Below, in pieces: positions 1-12,696 of a stretch of 64,000 nucleotides of DNA. Positions within the stretch are counted from its first letter, which is position 1. Each line of letters begins with the position of its first letter. The notes under the pieces are model-generated. The model ran no database searches. It saw nothing but the letters and a program-made list of their open reading frames with translations, and had not been told where the DNA came from. The DNA comes from Heterodontus francisci (taxonomy: Eukaryota). Position numbers and translations under genes: made by a program. The DNA is taken from the NCBI RefSeq assembly GCF_036365525.1, contig NC_090385.1:43829775-43893774 (forward strand), given 5' to 3'.

Positions 1-393
1 CAATGGCTTCCCAACACCTTCCTACATTCAAATGAAAAATGCCTCACTCCACGGCTGCCGAATGCAGCAGTGACAACGACTGAAAGCCCGTTGCCGCCCT
101 TTAAAACCTGTCGAGACTCCGATTCTCCGTGTCCATGAGCTTACCATTAAATCTGGAGGGGCCTGTAAAATTGTGGTCTATTGCCTCATTAACTATTTTA
201 AATGGCTGTCAATTGCTCATTTGGAAAGTGCAAGTGGTGTTCCCACGCAGCTTTCCATCCGCTGCTCGTAAACTGCGGCTCTGGCGTGATGACACTAGAG
301 GGCTGACCCAAAGCCACCCCATGCAATTTTACACACCCCTCCCCCAACCCCGCCTCTATTGCAGTCCATTTTAGAGATGTAAGATCCCGGCCC
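1..393. mobile_element. Right end of a PIF/Harbinger-type MITE, cut by the window edge
   Basis: Ends in GTAAGATCCCGGCCC, resembling the AAAATYCVGCCC terminal inverted repeat (TIR) of the other MITEs in the window. Confidence 0.45.
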
Positions 394-519
394 AATAGTG
401 CAATTTGAAAATTTACAGACAACATCAAATGCGGGGTATAATTATTATAGAGGTGGACTGTTATAAGGTACAGGAAGAGATTAATAAACTTTCAGAATAG
501 GCGTGCACTCGGCAAATGA

Positions 520-775
520 CCTTCAACATATCTTATGTGTAGAAGTGTTTTCTAATTTAATTCCTGAAAGGTCTGGTTCTAGTTTTAGACAGTGCCCCCT
601 AGTCCTTGACCCCCCTAACCAGCTGAAATAGTTTTTCACTCTCTACCCTACTTGTTCCTCTTAACATCTTGAAAATTTGGATTAAATCACCTCTTAACCT
701 TCTAAATTCCAGAGAATACAACCCCAAATTGTGTAATCTTGCCTCATATTTTAACCCTTGGAGTTCAGATAAAAG
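520..775 (-). mobile_element. CR1 LINE ORF2 C-terminal fragment
   Basis: ORF 599..814 contains YEARLHNLGLYSLEFRRLRGDLIQIFK, the CR1 ORF2 C-terminal motif. Confidence 0.85.
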
Positions 776-1390
776 AACAGAAGTACATAAGAAATAGGAA
801 CAGGAGTAGGCCATTCAGCCTTTCGAACCTGCTCCACCATTCAATAGAACTATGGCTGATCTTCTACCTCAACGCCACCTTCCTGCACGATCTCCATATC
901 CCTTAATTCCCTTAGTACCCAAAAGTCTATTGATCTCTGTTGTGAATATACACATTGACTGAACATCCACAGCTCGTTGGGGTAAAAAATTCCAAAGATT
1001 CACAACCCTATGAGTGAAGAAATTTCTCCTCATCTAAGCCCTAAATGACCGACCCCTTAGTCTGACACTGTGACCCCTTAGTTCTGGACTCCCCAGCAGG
1101 GAAACATCCTTCTAGTATCAACCCTGTTATATTCCTCAAGAATTTTATATGTTTCAATGAGATCACCTCTCATTCTTCTAAATTCCAGGGAATAAAGGCC
1201 TAGTCTACTCAATCTTCCCTTATAGGACAGCCCTTTCATCCCAGAAATTGGCCAGTGAACCTTAGTTGCAAGAATATCCTTCCTTAGGTAAGGAGATCAA
1301 AACTGAACACAGTGCTCTCCGACCTAACTATGTCCCATCAGCAAATTTGGACACATTATATTCGGTCCCCTCATTTAAGTCATTGATATC

Positions 1391-2098
1391 GGGCTGGCTT
1401 TTAAGGAGCCCTCAACGTCAGGATCCATGGCAGGGGCGGCCTGAAGGTGGCCCCGGATGAGGCCCACCACAGACTTCGACATCGGCAGGGCCCAGCCCAA
1501 TCCTCCCGGCGGCGGCAGGGCACCGTGACGGCCTCCCCCGCCACTCGACGACGGGAGCACAATCACCAAGATAATTAATAGATTTTACTGTACTTACCAT
1601 TAATATTGATGTCCCGCTGCAATCTTCAGCCCTGCAGTGGGCACGCCCGTGCCTTTGACACCCGTCCAGGGAAACAAGGCGCAACACTGGTGGGGAGGGG
1701 GGAGAAGGTAAGTTTCTCAGTGCAGGGGGATGGACGGGACGGGTCAAATTAATGGCATAGGTATAGGGGATGGTGGGAAGTTTAAAGTTTATGCAGTTTG
1801 GCGGAGGGTAAAGATCAGATGGTAAAGGTAAGTATTTTGGTGGGGGCGAGAGACAATAATTAATTTATTTGTTATTGGAGGGGTGGGAGAGGGGATAAAG
1901 AGATGTATTTATTTATTTTCATTTAATCTTTCTTTAAATATTTAAATATGCCGGTAAGGCTAACAGCCCTTTAAAAATGGCGTCAGCTGTATCTGGGCGG
2001 GGAGGCCGCACCAGCTATTTAAATGAGTCTCCACGCTTCAAATTGCGGCAGCTCTTTGGTTTGTGGGCCGCCATTTTTTTGCCTGCTGCCTTCAGCCC
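1391..2098. mobile_element. Harbinger-type MITE inserted in CR1
   Basis: GGGCTGG...TTCAGCCC termini; flanks ATC/ATG; internal blocks (TTAAAAATGGCGTCAGC, GCTATTTAAATGAG) shared with 30240-31042. Confidence 0.7.
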
Positions 2099-3092
2099 AT
2101 GGATTATAAATAGCTGAGGCCCAAGCCCCGATCCTTGTGGTACTCCACTAGTTACAAACTGCCAACCTGAAAATCATATGTTTATTTCTACTATTTGTTT
2201 TCTGTCCATTAACCAATTCTCAATCCATGAAAATATATTACCCCCAATTCCATGAGCCTTAATTTTGTGTAATAACCTCTTGTGTGGCAGCTTATCGAAT
2301 GCTTTTTTAAAAATTCAAGTACAGTAGATCCACTGGATCTGTCTTATCTACCCTGCTAGTTACAACCTCAAAAAACTCTAATGGATTTGTCAAACACGAT
2401 TTCCCTTTCATAAATCCTTGTTGACTGCCTAATCATATTAGGATTTTCTAAGTACTCTGTTACCACATCCCTAATAACAGATTTGAGCTTTTACCCTCCT
2501 ACTGATGTCAGGCTTACTGGTCTATAGTTCCCTGTTTTCTCTGTCCCTCCTTTTTTAAATAGTTGCATTACTTTTGCTATCTTCCAATCCATAGGGACCA
2601 TTCTAGAATCTAGGAATTCTGGAAGGTCAAAATCATTGCATCCACTATCTCTGTAGTGACCTTTTTTAAAATCATAGGAGGCAGGCCATCAGGTCCGGGC
2701 GATTTGTCCTCCAGTACTATTTCTTTACGAATACTAATTTCATTAAGTTCCTCATGCTTGCTAGACCCTTGGTTCCCCATTACTTCGGGAATATTTTTTG
2801 TGTTTTTTTCCTTGAGGACAGAAACAAAGGGCGGAATTTTACTGTCTTTGTTTTCTTTCAGACATCAGGAGCATTTTCGAGTCGCAAACCGATCGCTGGA
2901 GTAACGAGCCTTCCAGTTGCTCTTTGCCATCGCAAATCAATTAAGAGCCTGCCTCTGGGCTTCTCAACCAAATAGGGAGGGTGGGTGGGATGACGTGGAC
3001 ATTTTGTCAGAGGAAGGATTTCTGCTTAAAGGGACCACAGCATGTTTCTGAGATGCTCACAAGGGCTTTTTCAGGCTACAGCACCCACAAGA

Positions 3093-3331
3093 ATGGCAAG
3101 GAGACCTGGGAAACTGGCAGCCGGGTCTCCAACTCTTACCCAGAGGTCCAATTGAAGGAGCTGAGGGACTGCAGTGAGGTGAGCTCTCGCAAGGACAAGA
3201 GGAAGAGGGCAGCTTCTTCGACCAAATAGGCATGGATGGAAGTGACTGAGGAAATGAGCAGTAGCACTGTGGGGCCTCTTACCTAGAGACCATGTACCAG
3301 GATGATCCAGGACATCAGGAGGGCATGGCTG
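3093..3331 (+). pseudogene. Myb/SANT-like domain exon of Harbinger ORF, degenerate
   Basis: SRVSNSYPEVQLKELRDCSEV...STK*AWMEVTEEMSSSTVGPLT*RPCTRMIQDIRR followed by a GTGAGT donor; exon-2-like EKQSHN near 3615. Confidence 0.6.
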
Positions 3332-4024
3332 GTGAGTGACATAACACTGTCAGGTGCCAAATCTCACACTATGACTTGCACAGCATTCTCCTGCACAGCA
3401 CACCTCAGGACAGTACACCTTGCAGCTTCATTCATCCCTCTCCCTGCTGGCACCTGACATCCCCAACTGAGCAGCCAACACTCAAAATGACCCTAATCCT
3501 ATTGCACTTGTACACCAATGCCTTACAGTCACCATACAAAAATGTTGTCCTTCACTCCTTTGAACACAAGCCATTCCTAACACTCCCCACCTTCCTGCTT
3601 TCTCTCCTTTCTGGAGAAGCAATCACACAACTTGGCAAGAGTCAAAGACATGGGACTGTGGGAGGCTGTAGAGAAGTGGACCTCTAGTGACCAACACCTT
3701 GTCGGTCACTGGCAATATGTGCCTGCCTGGTCCACTGGAAAGGCAGTCTTGCATCATGAGGGTGAAGATCTCATCAGCGACCTGCTGTGAGAGCCTCAGT
3801 CTCCTGAGACACTGGTGCTCACACGTCGGGATAGCTGGTCCTCTGCCTGTATACCTTCTGTTGGGGGTCTCGCCTCCTTCCACTTGTATCTCAGTGGGCA
3901 TCCCATGTACCCGAGGAAGGGCATGTGGCTGCAGAGATGACAGCTGGTGCTACTGTTGGTGTAGCTGGAGCACATTATAGTGGAAAGCCCCCTGCTCTAC
4001 ACCCTCAGCAGAGATGGACAGTAT

Positions 4025-5655
4025 GTAAGAACATAAAAACGCAAGAAATAGGAGCAGGAATAGGCCATTCGGCCCCTCGAGCCTGCCCCGACATTCAATA
4101 AGATCATGGCTGATCTGCCCCAGGCCTCAACTCCTCTTTCATGCCAGCTCCTCATAGCCCTCAACTCCCCGATATTTCAAAAATCTATCTACTTCCTCTT
4201 TAAATACTTTCAGTGATCTAGCCTCCACAACTCTCTGGAGTAGGGAATTCCATCATTCACTGCCCTCTGAGAGAAGAAATTCCTTCGCATCTCAGTTTTA
4301 AATGAGTGTCCCTTTACTCTGCAACTATGGCCCCTAGTTCGAGATTCCCCCACTAGTGGAAACATCTTCTCAACATCTAACCTGTCAAGCCCCCTCAGAA
4401 TCTTGTATATTTCAATAAGATCACCCCACATTCTTCTAAACTTGAATGAATAAAGGCCTAACCTGTTTAGCCGTTCTTAATAAGTCAACCCCTTCATCCC
4501 AGGAATCAGCTTCGTGAATCTCTTTTGAACTGCCTCCAATGCCAGTATATCCTTTCTTAAATACGGGGACCAAAACTGTACACAGCACTCCAGATGCGGC
4601 CTCACCAACACCCTGTACAGTTGTTGCAAGACTTCCCTATTTTTAAATTCCAACCCCCTAGCAATAAAGGCCAAAATTCCATTTACCTTCTTAATTACTT
4701 GCTGCACCTGCATGCTAACTTTTTGTGTATCATGCACAAGAACACCCAAATCCCTCTGTGCTGCACTTTTTTGAAGTGTCTCCCCATTTAAATAATAGTC
4801 TGCCTTTTGATTCTTCCTACCAAAGTGCATGACTTCACACTTTCCTACATTAAACTCCATCTGCCAAGTTTTTGCCCACTCACTCAAGCTATCTATATCC
4901 CCTTGCAGATTCCTTATGTCCTCATCACAACATGCCCTCCCACCTATTTTGTATCGTCAGCAAATTTGGATATATTACACTCTGCCCCCTCCTCCAAGTC
5001 ATTAATATAGATAGTAAATAATTGAGGCCCTAGGACTGATCCTTGTGGCACCCCACTATTTACATCTTTCCAACCTGAAAAAGACCCATTAATCCCAACT
5101 CTCTGTCTTCTGTGTGTTAACCAATCCTCAATCCATGGTAATACATTACCCCCAATACCGTGAGCTCCTATCTTGTGTAATAATCTTTTGTATGGCACCT
5201 TATCGAATGCCTTCTGGAAATCCAAACACACTACATCTACTGGTTCCCCTTTATCAACTCTGCTTGTTATATCCTCAAAGAACTCTAGCAAATTTGTCAA
5301 ACATGATTTCTCTTTCACAAAACCATGTTGACTCTGTTTGATTGCGTTATACTTTTCTAAATGTCCTGCTATTTCTTCCTTAATAATGGGTTCTAGCATT
5401 TTCCCAATGACCGATGTTAGGTTAATTGGCCTATAGTTTCCTGCTTTTTGTCTCCCTCCCTTCTTGAACAGGGGCGTCACATTAGCACTTTTCCAATCAG
5501 CTGGGACCCTCCCAGAATCCAGTGAGTTCTGGAATATTTCGACCAATGCCTCCACTATATCTGCAGCCATTTCCTTTAAAACCCTTGGATGTAGGCCATC
5601 AGGTCCTGCTGACTTGTCTGCCTTTAATCCCATTAGTTTGTCAAATACTTTGTCC
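4025..5655 (-). mobile_element. 5'-truncated CR1 LINE
   Basis: RT motifs [10 protein letters not shown] and FADD (4944..5660); C-terminal ORFs 4477..4887 and 4210..4431; CR1 3' tail. Confidence 0.95.
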
Positions 5656-5772
5656 TGCATAAGCTGCTCTCAAGCTGCTTTGAAGGCTGATAGCAGTGAA
5701 GTGCAGCTGAGGGTGGGTGAAGTGCTGGTCAAGTGAAGTGTCAAGCAGTTCAATGAAAGATCAGTGAAGATT

Positions 5773-8700
5773 CAATAAAGAGTGCAGGAGGACATACCAG
5801 GAGCAGCACCAGGCATACCTCAAAATGAGGTGTCAACCTGGTGAAGCTACGACCCAGGACTACTAGCATGCCAACCAGCGTAAGCAGCATGCGATAGACA
5901 GAGCTAAGTGATCCCATAACCAACGGATCAGATCTAAGCTCTGTAGTCCCGCCACATCCAGTCGTGAATGGTGGTGAACAATTAAACAACTAACTGGAGG
6001 AGATGACTCCACAAATATCCCCATCTTCAACGATGGGGGAGCCCAGCACATCAGTGCAAAAGATAAGGCAGAAGCATTTGCAACAATCTTCAGCCATAAG
6101 TGCCAAGTTGATGATCCACCTCAGCCTTCTCCTGAAGTCCCCAGCATCACAGCTGCCCGTCTTCATCCAATTCGATTCATTCCGCGTGATATCAAGAAAC
6201 GACTGAAGGCACTGGATACTGCAAGGCTACGGGCCCTGACAACATTCCGGCAATAGTACTGAAGACCTGTGCTCCAGAACTTGCCACGCCCCTAGCCAAG
6301 CTGTTCCAGAACAGCTACAACACTGGCATCTACCCGGCAATGTGGAAAATTGCCCAGGTATGTCCTGTACACAAAAAGCAGGACAAGTCCAACCAAGACA
6401 ATTACCTACCCATCAGTCTACTCTCAATCATAGAATCATAGAAAGTATAAGGCACAGAAAAAGGCCACTTGGCCCATCGTGTCTGTGCCGGCCGAAAAAT
6501 GATCCACCTATTCTAATCCCATCTTCCAGCATTTGGTCCATACCCCTGCAGAATACAGCACTTGAGGTGCATATCCAGACTCCTTTTGAATGAGTTGAGT
6601 GTTTCTGCCTCAACTACCCTTTCAGGCAATGAGTTCCAGACCCACACCACCCTCTAGGTGAAAAAGTTTTTCCTCATCTCCCCTCTAATTTTTTTTACCA
6701 ATCACTTTAAATCTATGCCCCCTCATCCCTGACCTCTCTGCTAAGGTGCATAGACCCTTCACCTCCGCTCTATCCAGGCCACTCAAAATTTGTACATTTC
6801 AATCAGATCTCCCCTCAGCCTTCTCTGTTCCAAGGAGAACAACCCCAGCCTATCCAACCTTTCCTCATAGCTGCATTTTTCCAGTCCTGGCAACATCCTC
6901 GTAAATCTCCTCTGTACCTTCTCTAGTGCAATTACATCCTTTCTGTAATGAGGTGACCAAAACTGCACACAGTTCTTAAGTTGTGGCCTAACCAATGATT
7001 TATACAGTTCCAGCATAATCTCCCTGATTTTATATTCTATACCTCGGCTAATAAAGGAAAGGATTCCCTATACCTTCTTAACCACCTTATCAACCTGTCC
7101 TGCTACCTTCAGGGATCTGTGGACATTCACTCCGAGGTCCCTCAGTTCCTCAACACCTCTCAGTATTTTCCCATTAATCATGTATTCCTTTGCCTTGTTT
7201 GACCTCCCCAAATGCATCACCTCACACTTCTCCAGGTTGAATTCCATTTGCCACTTTTCTGCCCATCTGACCAGACCATCAATATCTTCCTGCAGCCTAC
7301 AGCTGTCCTCCTCGCTATCTGCCACACGGCCAATCTTTGTGTCGTCTGCAAACTTCTTCATCATGACTCCTACATTTACATCCAAATCGTTAATATATAC
7401 CACAAAAAGCAAGGGACCCAGTACTAAGCCCTGCGGAACGCCACTGGAAACAGCCCTCCAGTCGCTAAAACACCCGTCAACTGAGTTTGTCTGCCACTGA
7501 GCCAATTTTGTATCCACCTTGTTGCATTTCCCTGGATCCCATGGGATTTTATTTTTTCAACCAGTCTGCCATGTGGGACCTTGTCAAACTCCTTGCTAAA
7601 ATCCATGTAGACCACATCAGCTGCACTACCCTTATCTATCTTCCTTGTTACTTCTTCAAAAGATTCAATCAAATTGGTCAAACAAGATCTTCCCTTAACA
7701 AATCCAGGCTGACTATCCTTGATTAACCTGTGCCTTTCTAAGTTACAGTTTATCTTTTCTCTCAGAATAGATTCCCATAACTTGCCCACCACTGAGGTGA
7801 GACTGACTGACCTGTAATTATTTGGTCTATCCTTCGCTCCCTTTTAAAACAGAGGTAAAACGTTTGCATTTCTCCATCCTTCGGCACCACACCTGTATCC
7901 AATGAGGACTGGAAAATGATGATCAGAGCTTCTGCTATTTCCTTTCTTGTTTCTTTTAACAGCCTAGGATACATTTAATCTGGCCCTGGTGATTTATCAA
8001 CTTTCAAGGATGCTAATCCCATTAATAATTCCTTTCTCCCTATGTTTATCTTCAGTAAAGTGAAGGAAGGTATCGTTGATGGTGCTATCCTGCAGCACTT
8101 GCTCAACAATAACCTGCTCAGTGATGCTCAGTTTGGGTTCCGTCAGGGACACGCAGTTCCTGATCTCAATACAGCCTTGGTTCAAACATTGACAAAAAAG
8201 CTGAACTGGAGAGGTGAAGTAAGAGTGATTGCCCTTGACATCAAGGCAGCATTTGACTGAGTATAGCATCAAGGAGTCCTGGCAAAATTGAATTCAATGA
8301 GAATCAGGGGGAAACTCTCCGCTGGTTGGAGTCATACCTAGCACAAATGAAGATGGTTGTGGCTGTTGGTGGTCAATCATCTCAGCTCCAGGACATTACT
8401 GCAGGAGTTTCTTAGGTTAGTGTCCTAGACCCGACCATCTTCAGCTGCTTCATCAATGACCTTCCTTCAATCATAAGGTCAGAAGAGGGAATGTTCACTG
8501 ATGATTACACAATGTTCAGCACCATTTGCGACTCCTCAGATATTGAAGCATTTCATGTAGAAACGCAGCAAGACCTGGACAATATCCAGACTTGGGCTGA
8601 TAAGTGGCAAGTAACATTCACGCCACACAAGTGCCAGGCAATGACCATCTCCAACAAGAGAGAATCTAATCATCTCCCCTTGCCATTCAATGACATTACC

Positions 8701-9390
8701 ATCATTGAATCCCCCACTTTCATCATCCTGGGGGCTACCATTGACCAGAAACTGAACTGGAGTATTCATATAAATTCCTTGGCTACAAGAGCAGGTCAGA
8801 GGCTAGGAATCCTGCGGCGAGTAACTCACCTCCTGACTCCCCAAAGCCTTTCCACCACCTACAAGGCACAAGTCAGGAGTGTGATGGAATACTCCCCACT
8901 TGCCTGGATGGCTGCAGCTGCAAGAACACTCAAGAAGCTCAACACCAACCAGGACAAAGCAGCCTGTTTGATAGGCACCCCATCCACAAACATTCACTCC
9001 CTCCACCACCGATGCACAGAGGCAGTGAGTACCATCTACAAGATGCACTGCAGCAACACACCAAGGCTCCTAAGACAGCACCTTCCAAACCCGCGACTTC
9101 TACCACCTAGAAGGACAAGGGCAGCAAAATGCATGGGAACACCACCACCTGCAAGTTCCCCTCCAAGCCATACACCATCCTGACTTGGAACTGTATCGCC
9201 ATTCCTTGACTGTCGCTGGTCAAAGTCCTGGAACTCCGTGCCTAACAGCACTGTGGGTGTACCTACCCCACATGGACTGCAACGGTTCAAGAATGCAGCT
9301 CACCACCACCTTCTCTAGGGAAATTAGGAATGGGCAATAAATGCTGGCCTGGCCAGCGATGCCCACATCTCGTGAACGAAAATAAAAAAT
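5773..9390 (+). mobile_element. CR1-clade (Zenon-like, 'family B') LINE split by a nested CR1
   Basis: VLKTCAPELA region near 6260, ALDIKAAFD (8042..8260), FTDD ORF 8491..9183, AATAAA and A-rich tail near 9390; homologous to 23122-25189. Confidence 0.9.
6428..8050 (-). mobile_element. 5'-truncated CR1 LINE nested in the family B LINE
   Basis: RT ORFs 7068..7517 and 7424..7792; ATCATAGAATCATAGAA tail; host resumes at about 8051. Confidence 0.92.
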
Positions 9391-9840
9391 AGTGATAGCA
9401 CTCTATGTGCTTTGGAGTGCATTGCAAAGTAACCTCTCTGTCTGGCTATGTCTGTAGCTCTTCAGTGTAACTGGTCAAAGCCTTCACAGCTTGTCAGTTT
9501 CACTGAAGTAGTCCCTGTTGCTGTGCTCTCACTTCCTCCAATCCAGCAGGTTGGAGTCACAGCATGGGACTCCTCTGTTGTTGGGAAATAAGGATTAGAC
9601 TGTGAAAATTCCTCTGACTGGCCTCCTTAATTCATTTATTTGCCTCTCCCCTCCACCATAGGGGTTCCCGACTTCTCCACCAACCTGCCATTGGGAAAGA
9701 TGGAAGCTGGCAGGAAAACGTTGAGATACTGGTCCGAGGGTATTTTATCCAATGTTCCCGTCCTGAAACCCACCTCCAAAGGCCTGGGAAAATTCCCCCC
9801 AAAGTATTTGTTTAATATTTCTGGCATTTCCTTCAAACCC

Positions 9841-12093
9841 TGTCGTGCAGGCCCCCACCTGCCTAGGATAAGGCATATTAATTTTGCCACATGGACATTA
9901 AATTTCAAACTGTTGTTGAAGTGAAGAAAGGAGTGTGGGATCACTTTACGTGACAAGGCTAGGAAGTCTGAACTCCTAAGGCTAGTGGCCAACCATTTTT
10001 TCCCTTGAATCTAAAGAAGCAGAAGCAGTGTTAGAAGTAGGCCCAGACAGGATACTGCTAGCAAAGATACAATTGGAACAAAGGAAACTTGAATTAGAAG
10101 ACAGGGAAAGAGAAAGAAAAGGCAGAGAAAGGAAAGCAGGAGATGCAGGGCGCCCTCCTCTAGCCAAGAAGGAAGGTGCTATGAGCAAGAGTGAGACCCG
10201 GAGACCTGTGTGCTTCCATTGTAATAAAGCAGAGCATTTAAAAGCTGACTGCTGGAAACTAAAGGGAAAACCTGTAGGGTTAATCAGATCACACCCACTC
10301 AGCGAAGAAGAGACCCTGATGGAAAGCACAGCTGAACAAGCTTCGGCTTTAACTGCAGCATTAGTAAGGCCCAGAAAACATACTCCTGCAGATGCAGGAA
10401 CATTTAATAGGATTTCTGAAGGTTATCAGGATTTTATGTCTGAAGAGAAAGTAACCTCATATCCCTCGAGTGGGGAAAGCAAGCCCGTAGTAATTTTCAG
10501 GGACACAGGGGCCACTAGATCTCTTTAACTGGGAAAAGGCCTGATCTTTCCCCCAGAGATTGCAGTGAACACCAGAATGGTGGTAAATTGTATTGGAGGG
10601 CAGCGTATGCCTGTACCTGCACACCGGGTGCGCCTGGAGTGTGACTTAGTTTCGAGACTGATGACTGTAGGGATTGTCCCTAGTTTGCCTGTGGACGGGG
10701 TTGACCTGCTCCTAGGTAATGGTGGGGGTGAAGGTGGTAGCTCCCCTAGTAGTGAAAGAAAGACCGCAGGAGAGACAGGGCAGTGGTGGGAGACGGAACC
10801 CTGCAGTTTCCCTGAATGTGTAGTGGATCAGGCCATGATCAAACCAGCTCCCCCAGAGGAGATTGCATTGGCACTGGAAAGTTCGGAGACCTAGGGAATG
10901 AATTAATTGGATTTTCCCGAGCTGAGTCTCAACGAGCCGACTCAGTATTCCAAGAGTTAGCACAGGCTGCCCCATCTGAAAGTGAAGCAGAGGGAGTCCC
11001 TGATTGCTACTATTTAAAGAATCAGGTCCTGACGAGGAAATGGAGTTGTCCTCACAGACCTGGGAGCAATGAGTGGACAGTAGTTCACCAGTTAGTGGCG
11101 CCACAGAGGTATAGGAGAGAAATATTAAGGGGCCACAAGACTACAGTGGCTGTACATGCCTGTATATGAAAGCATAAGACAGCAATTTGACTGGCCAAAA
11201 CTCCACAAAGATGTGGTGGAGTACTGTAGGAGTTACCACAAGTGCAGGTTGAGGGGAAACACCAACCTACAGTGAAATCTGCACCTCAAAGTCCTGTACC
11301 AGTATTAGGAGGACCCTTCAGCAGAGGGTTGGTGAACTGTAAGGGACTCCTGCCAAGAACAAAAGGGGACAACAGACAGGGACAAGGCTGGCAAAAGGTT
11401 AGACAGGGAAGGGGAAAATGTGATCAAGAGGGCAGGTTAAAGTAAGTCCGGATGAAAACTCCTACTGTCTGGTCAGCCAACACCAAAATATGTGAAAGGT
11501 TAGACCCCACATCATCCTATGTAAATGCAGACACAAGAAGCATTCCACAGAGTTGCTAACAGCATTTACAGGAACCTGCAGAGACAAAGAAAGACCTCTA
11601 GGGGACAGAGAAACCTTGAGGGTGATACCTCACCTAGTCAAAGTGCCACAGGGGAGTGCAGTAGAGTCTGTGCAAATACTTGCAGGCAGGAGTGTCCTCT
11701 GGGACAAAGGAGAGATCAGCAAAGAATCCTCCCTCAGTCAGAACCAAACAGAACCCACCCATCCCCCTTTACAGACCTCAACAGGACCAAAGACCCTAGG
11801 CAGCCATGGAAATGGGCAAATGGAAGAGAAGCTTCCAGAAAAAAAGAAGAACCACATGTTTATTGAGATGCCAAAAAGGGGGCAATTAATGCAGCACTGG
11901 CAACAAGAGAAGAAAGGCTATAATAACTTTTAGGATTTATGAATGAATGAGAATGAATGAGAGAAATGTATGTTTTTTTCTGTATCTTTCATTTTCCTCT
12001 CTACCCATTTAATGAAATGCGCTTTTCTCAAATTGCATTTCATTCCTCTGGGTGTGAAGATGTCATACAGGCCTTTCTCACCAGGTTGTAACA
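9841..12093 (+). mobile_element. Internally deleted Gypsy (Gmr1-like) LTR retrotransposon
   Basis: LTR start TGTCGTGCAGGCCCCCACCTGCC; gag knuckle CFHCNKAEHLKADC; protease IFRDTGA; integrase N-terminal zinc-binding remnant near 11130-11245; ends GTAACA; no RT seen. Confidence 0.8.
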
Positions 12094-12696
12094 CCCCATT
12101 ATAATTTCTCCTGTCTCTGCCTCTATGCGATCCACATTTACTTTCACTAATCTCTTCCTTTTTACATACCTATAGCAGCATTCACAATTTCCTTTCATGT
12201 CTCTTGTTAGTTTACTCCCATATTCTCTTTTATCCTCCTTTATCAATTTCTAGATCATCCTCTGCTGAATTCCAAAATCCTCCCAATCTTCGAGCTGACT
12301 ACTCTTTAATCTATTAATATCTTTAACTGCCCCTGTTAGTCATGGTTGGACCACCTTTCCTGTGGGGGTCTTATTCCTTAAGGCAATATATGTTTGTGGC
12401 AAATTACAAATTAATTATTTAAATGTTTGCCATTGCTTATCTACCATTATATATTTTAAACTAGTTTCCCAATCTACCTTAGCCAACTCACCCCTCATAC
12501 CTATGTAATTTACTTTGTTCAGATTTAAACCCTCATTTTGGACTTGACAAATCACTTTCAAACTCAACATAGAATTCTATCATATTATGATCACTTTCTT
12601 AGAGGTCCTTTTACCACAAGGTTACTAATTAACTTTTTCTGATTGCACAATACTCAATCTAAAATAGCCTGTTCCCCAGTTGCTTCCTTGACATAA

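Larger units (their letters stand above)
2829..9800 (+). mobile_element. PIF/Harbinger DNA transposon carrying a Myb gene, with nested LINEs
   Basis: TIRs GGGCGGAATTTT (2829-2840) and AAAATTCCCCCC (9789-9800) match at 11/12; 3-bp target-site duplication (TSD) AAA; interrupts a colinear CR1. Confidence 0.75.
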
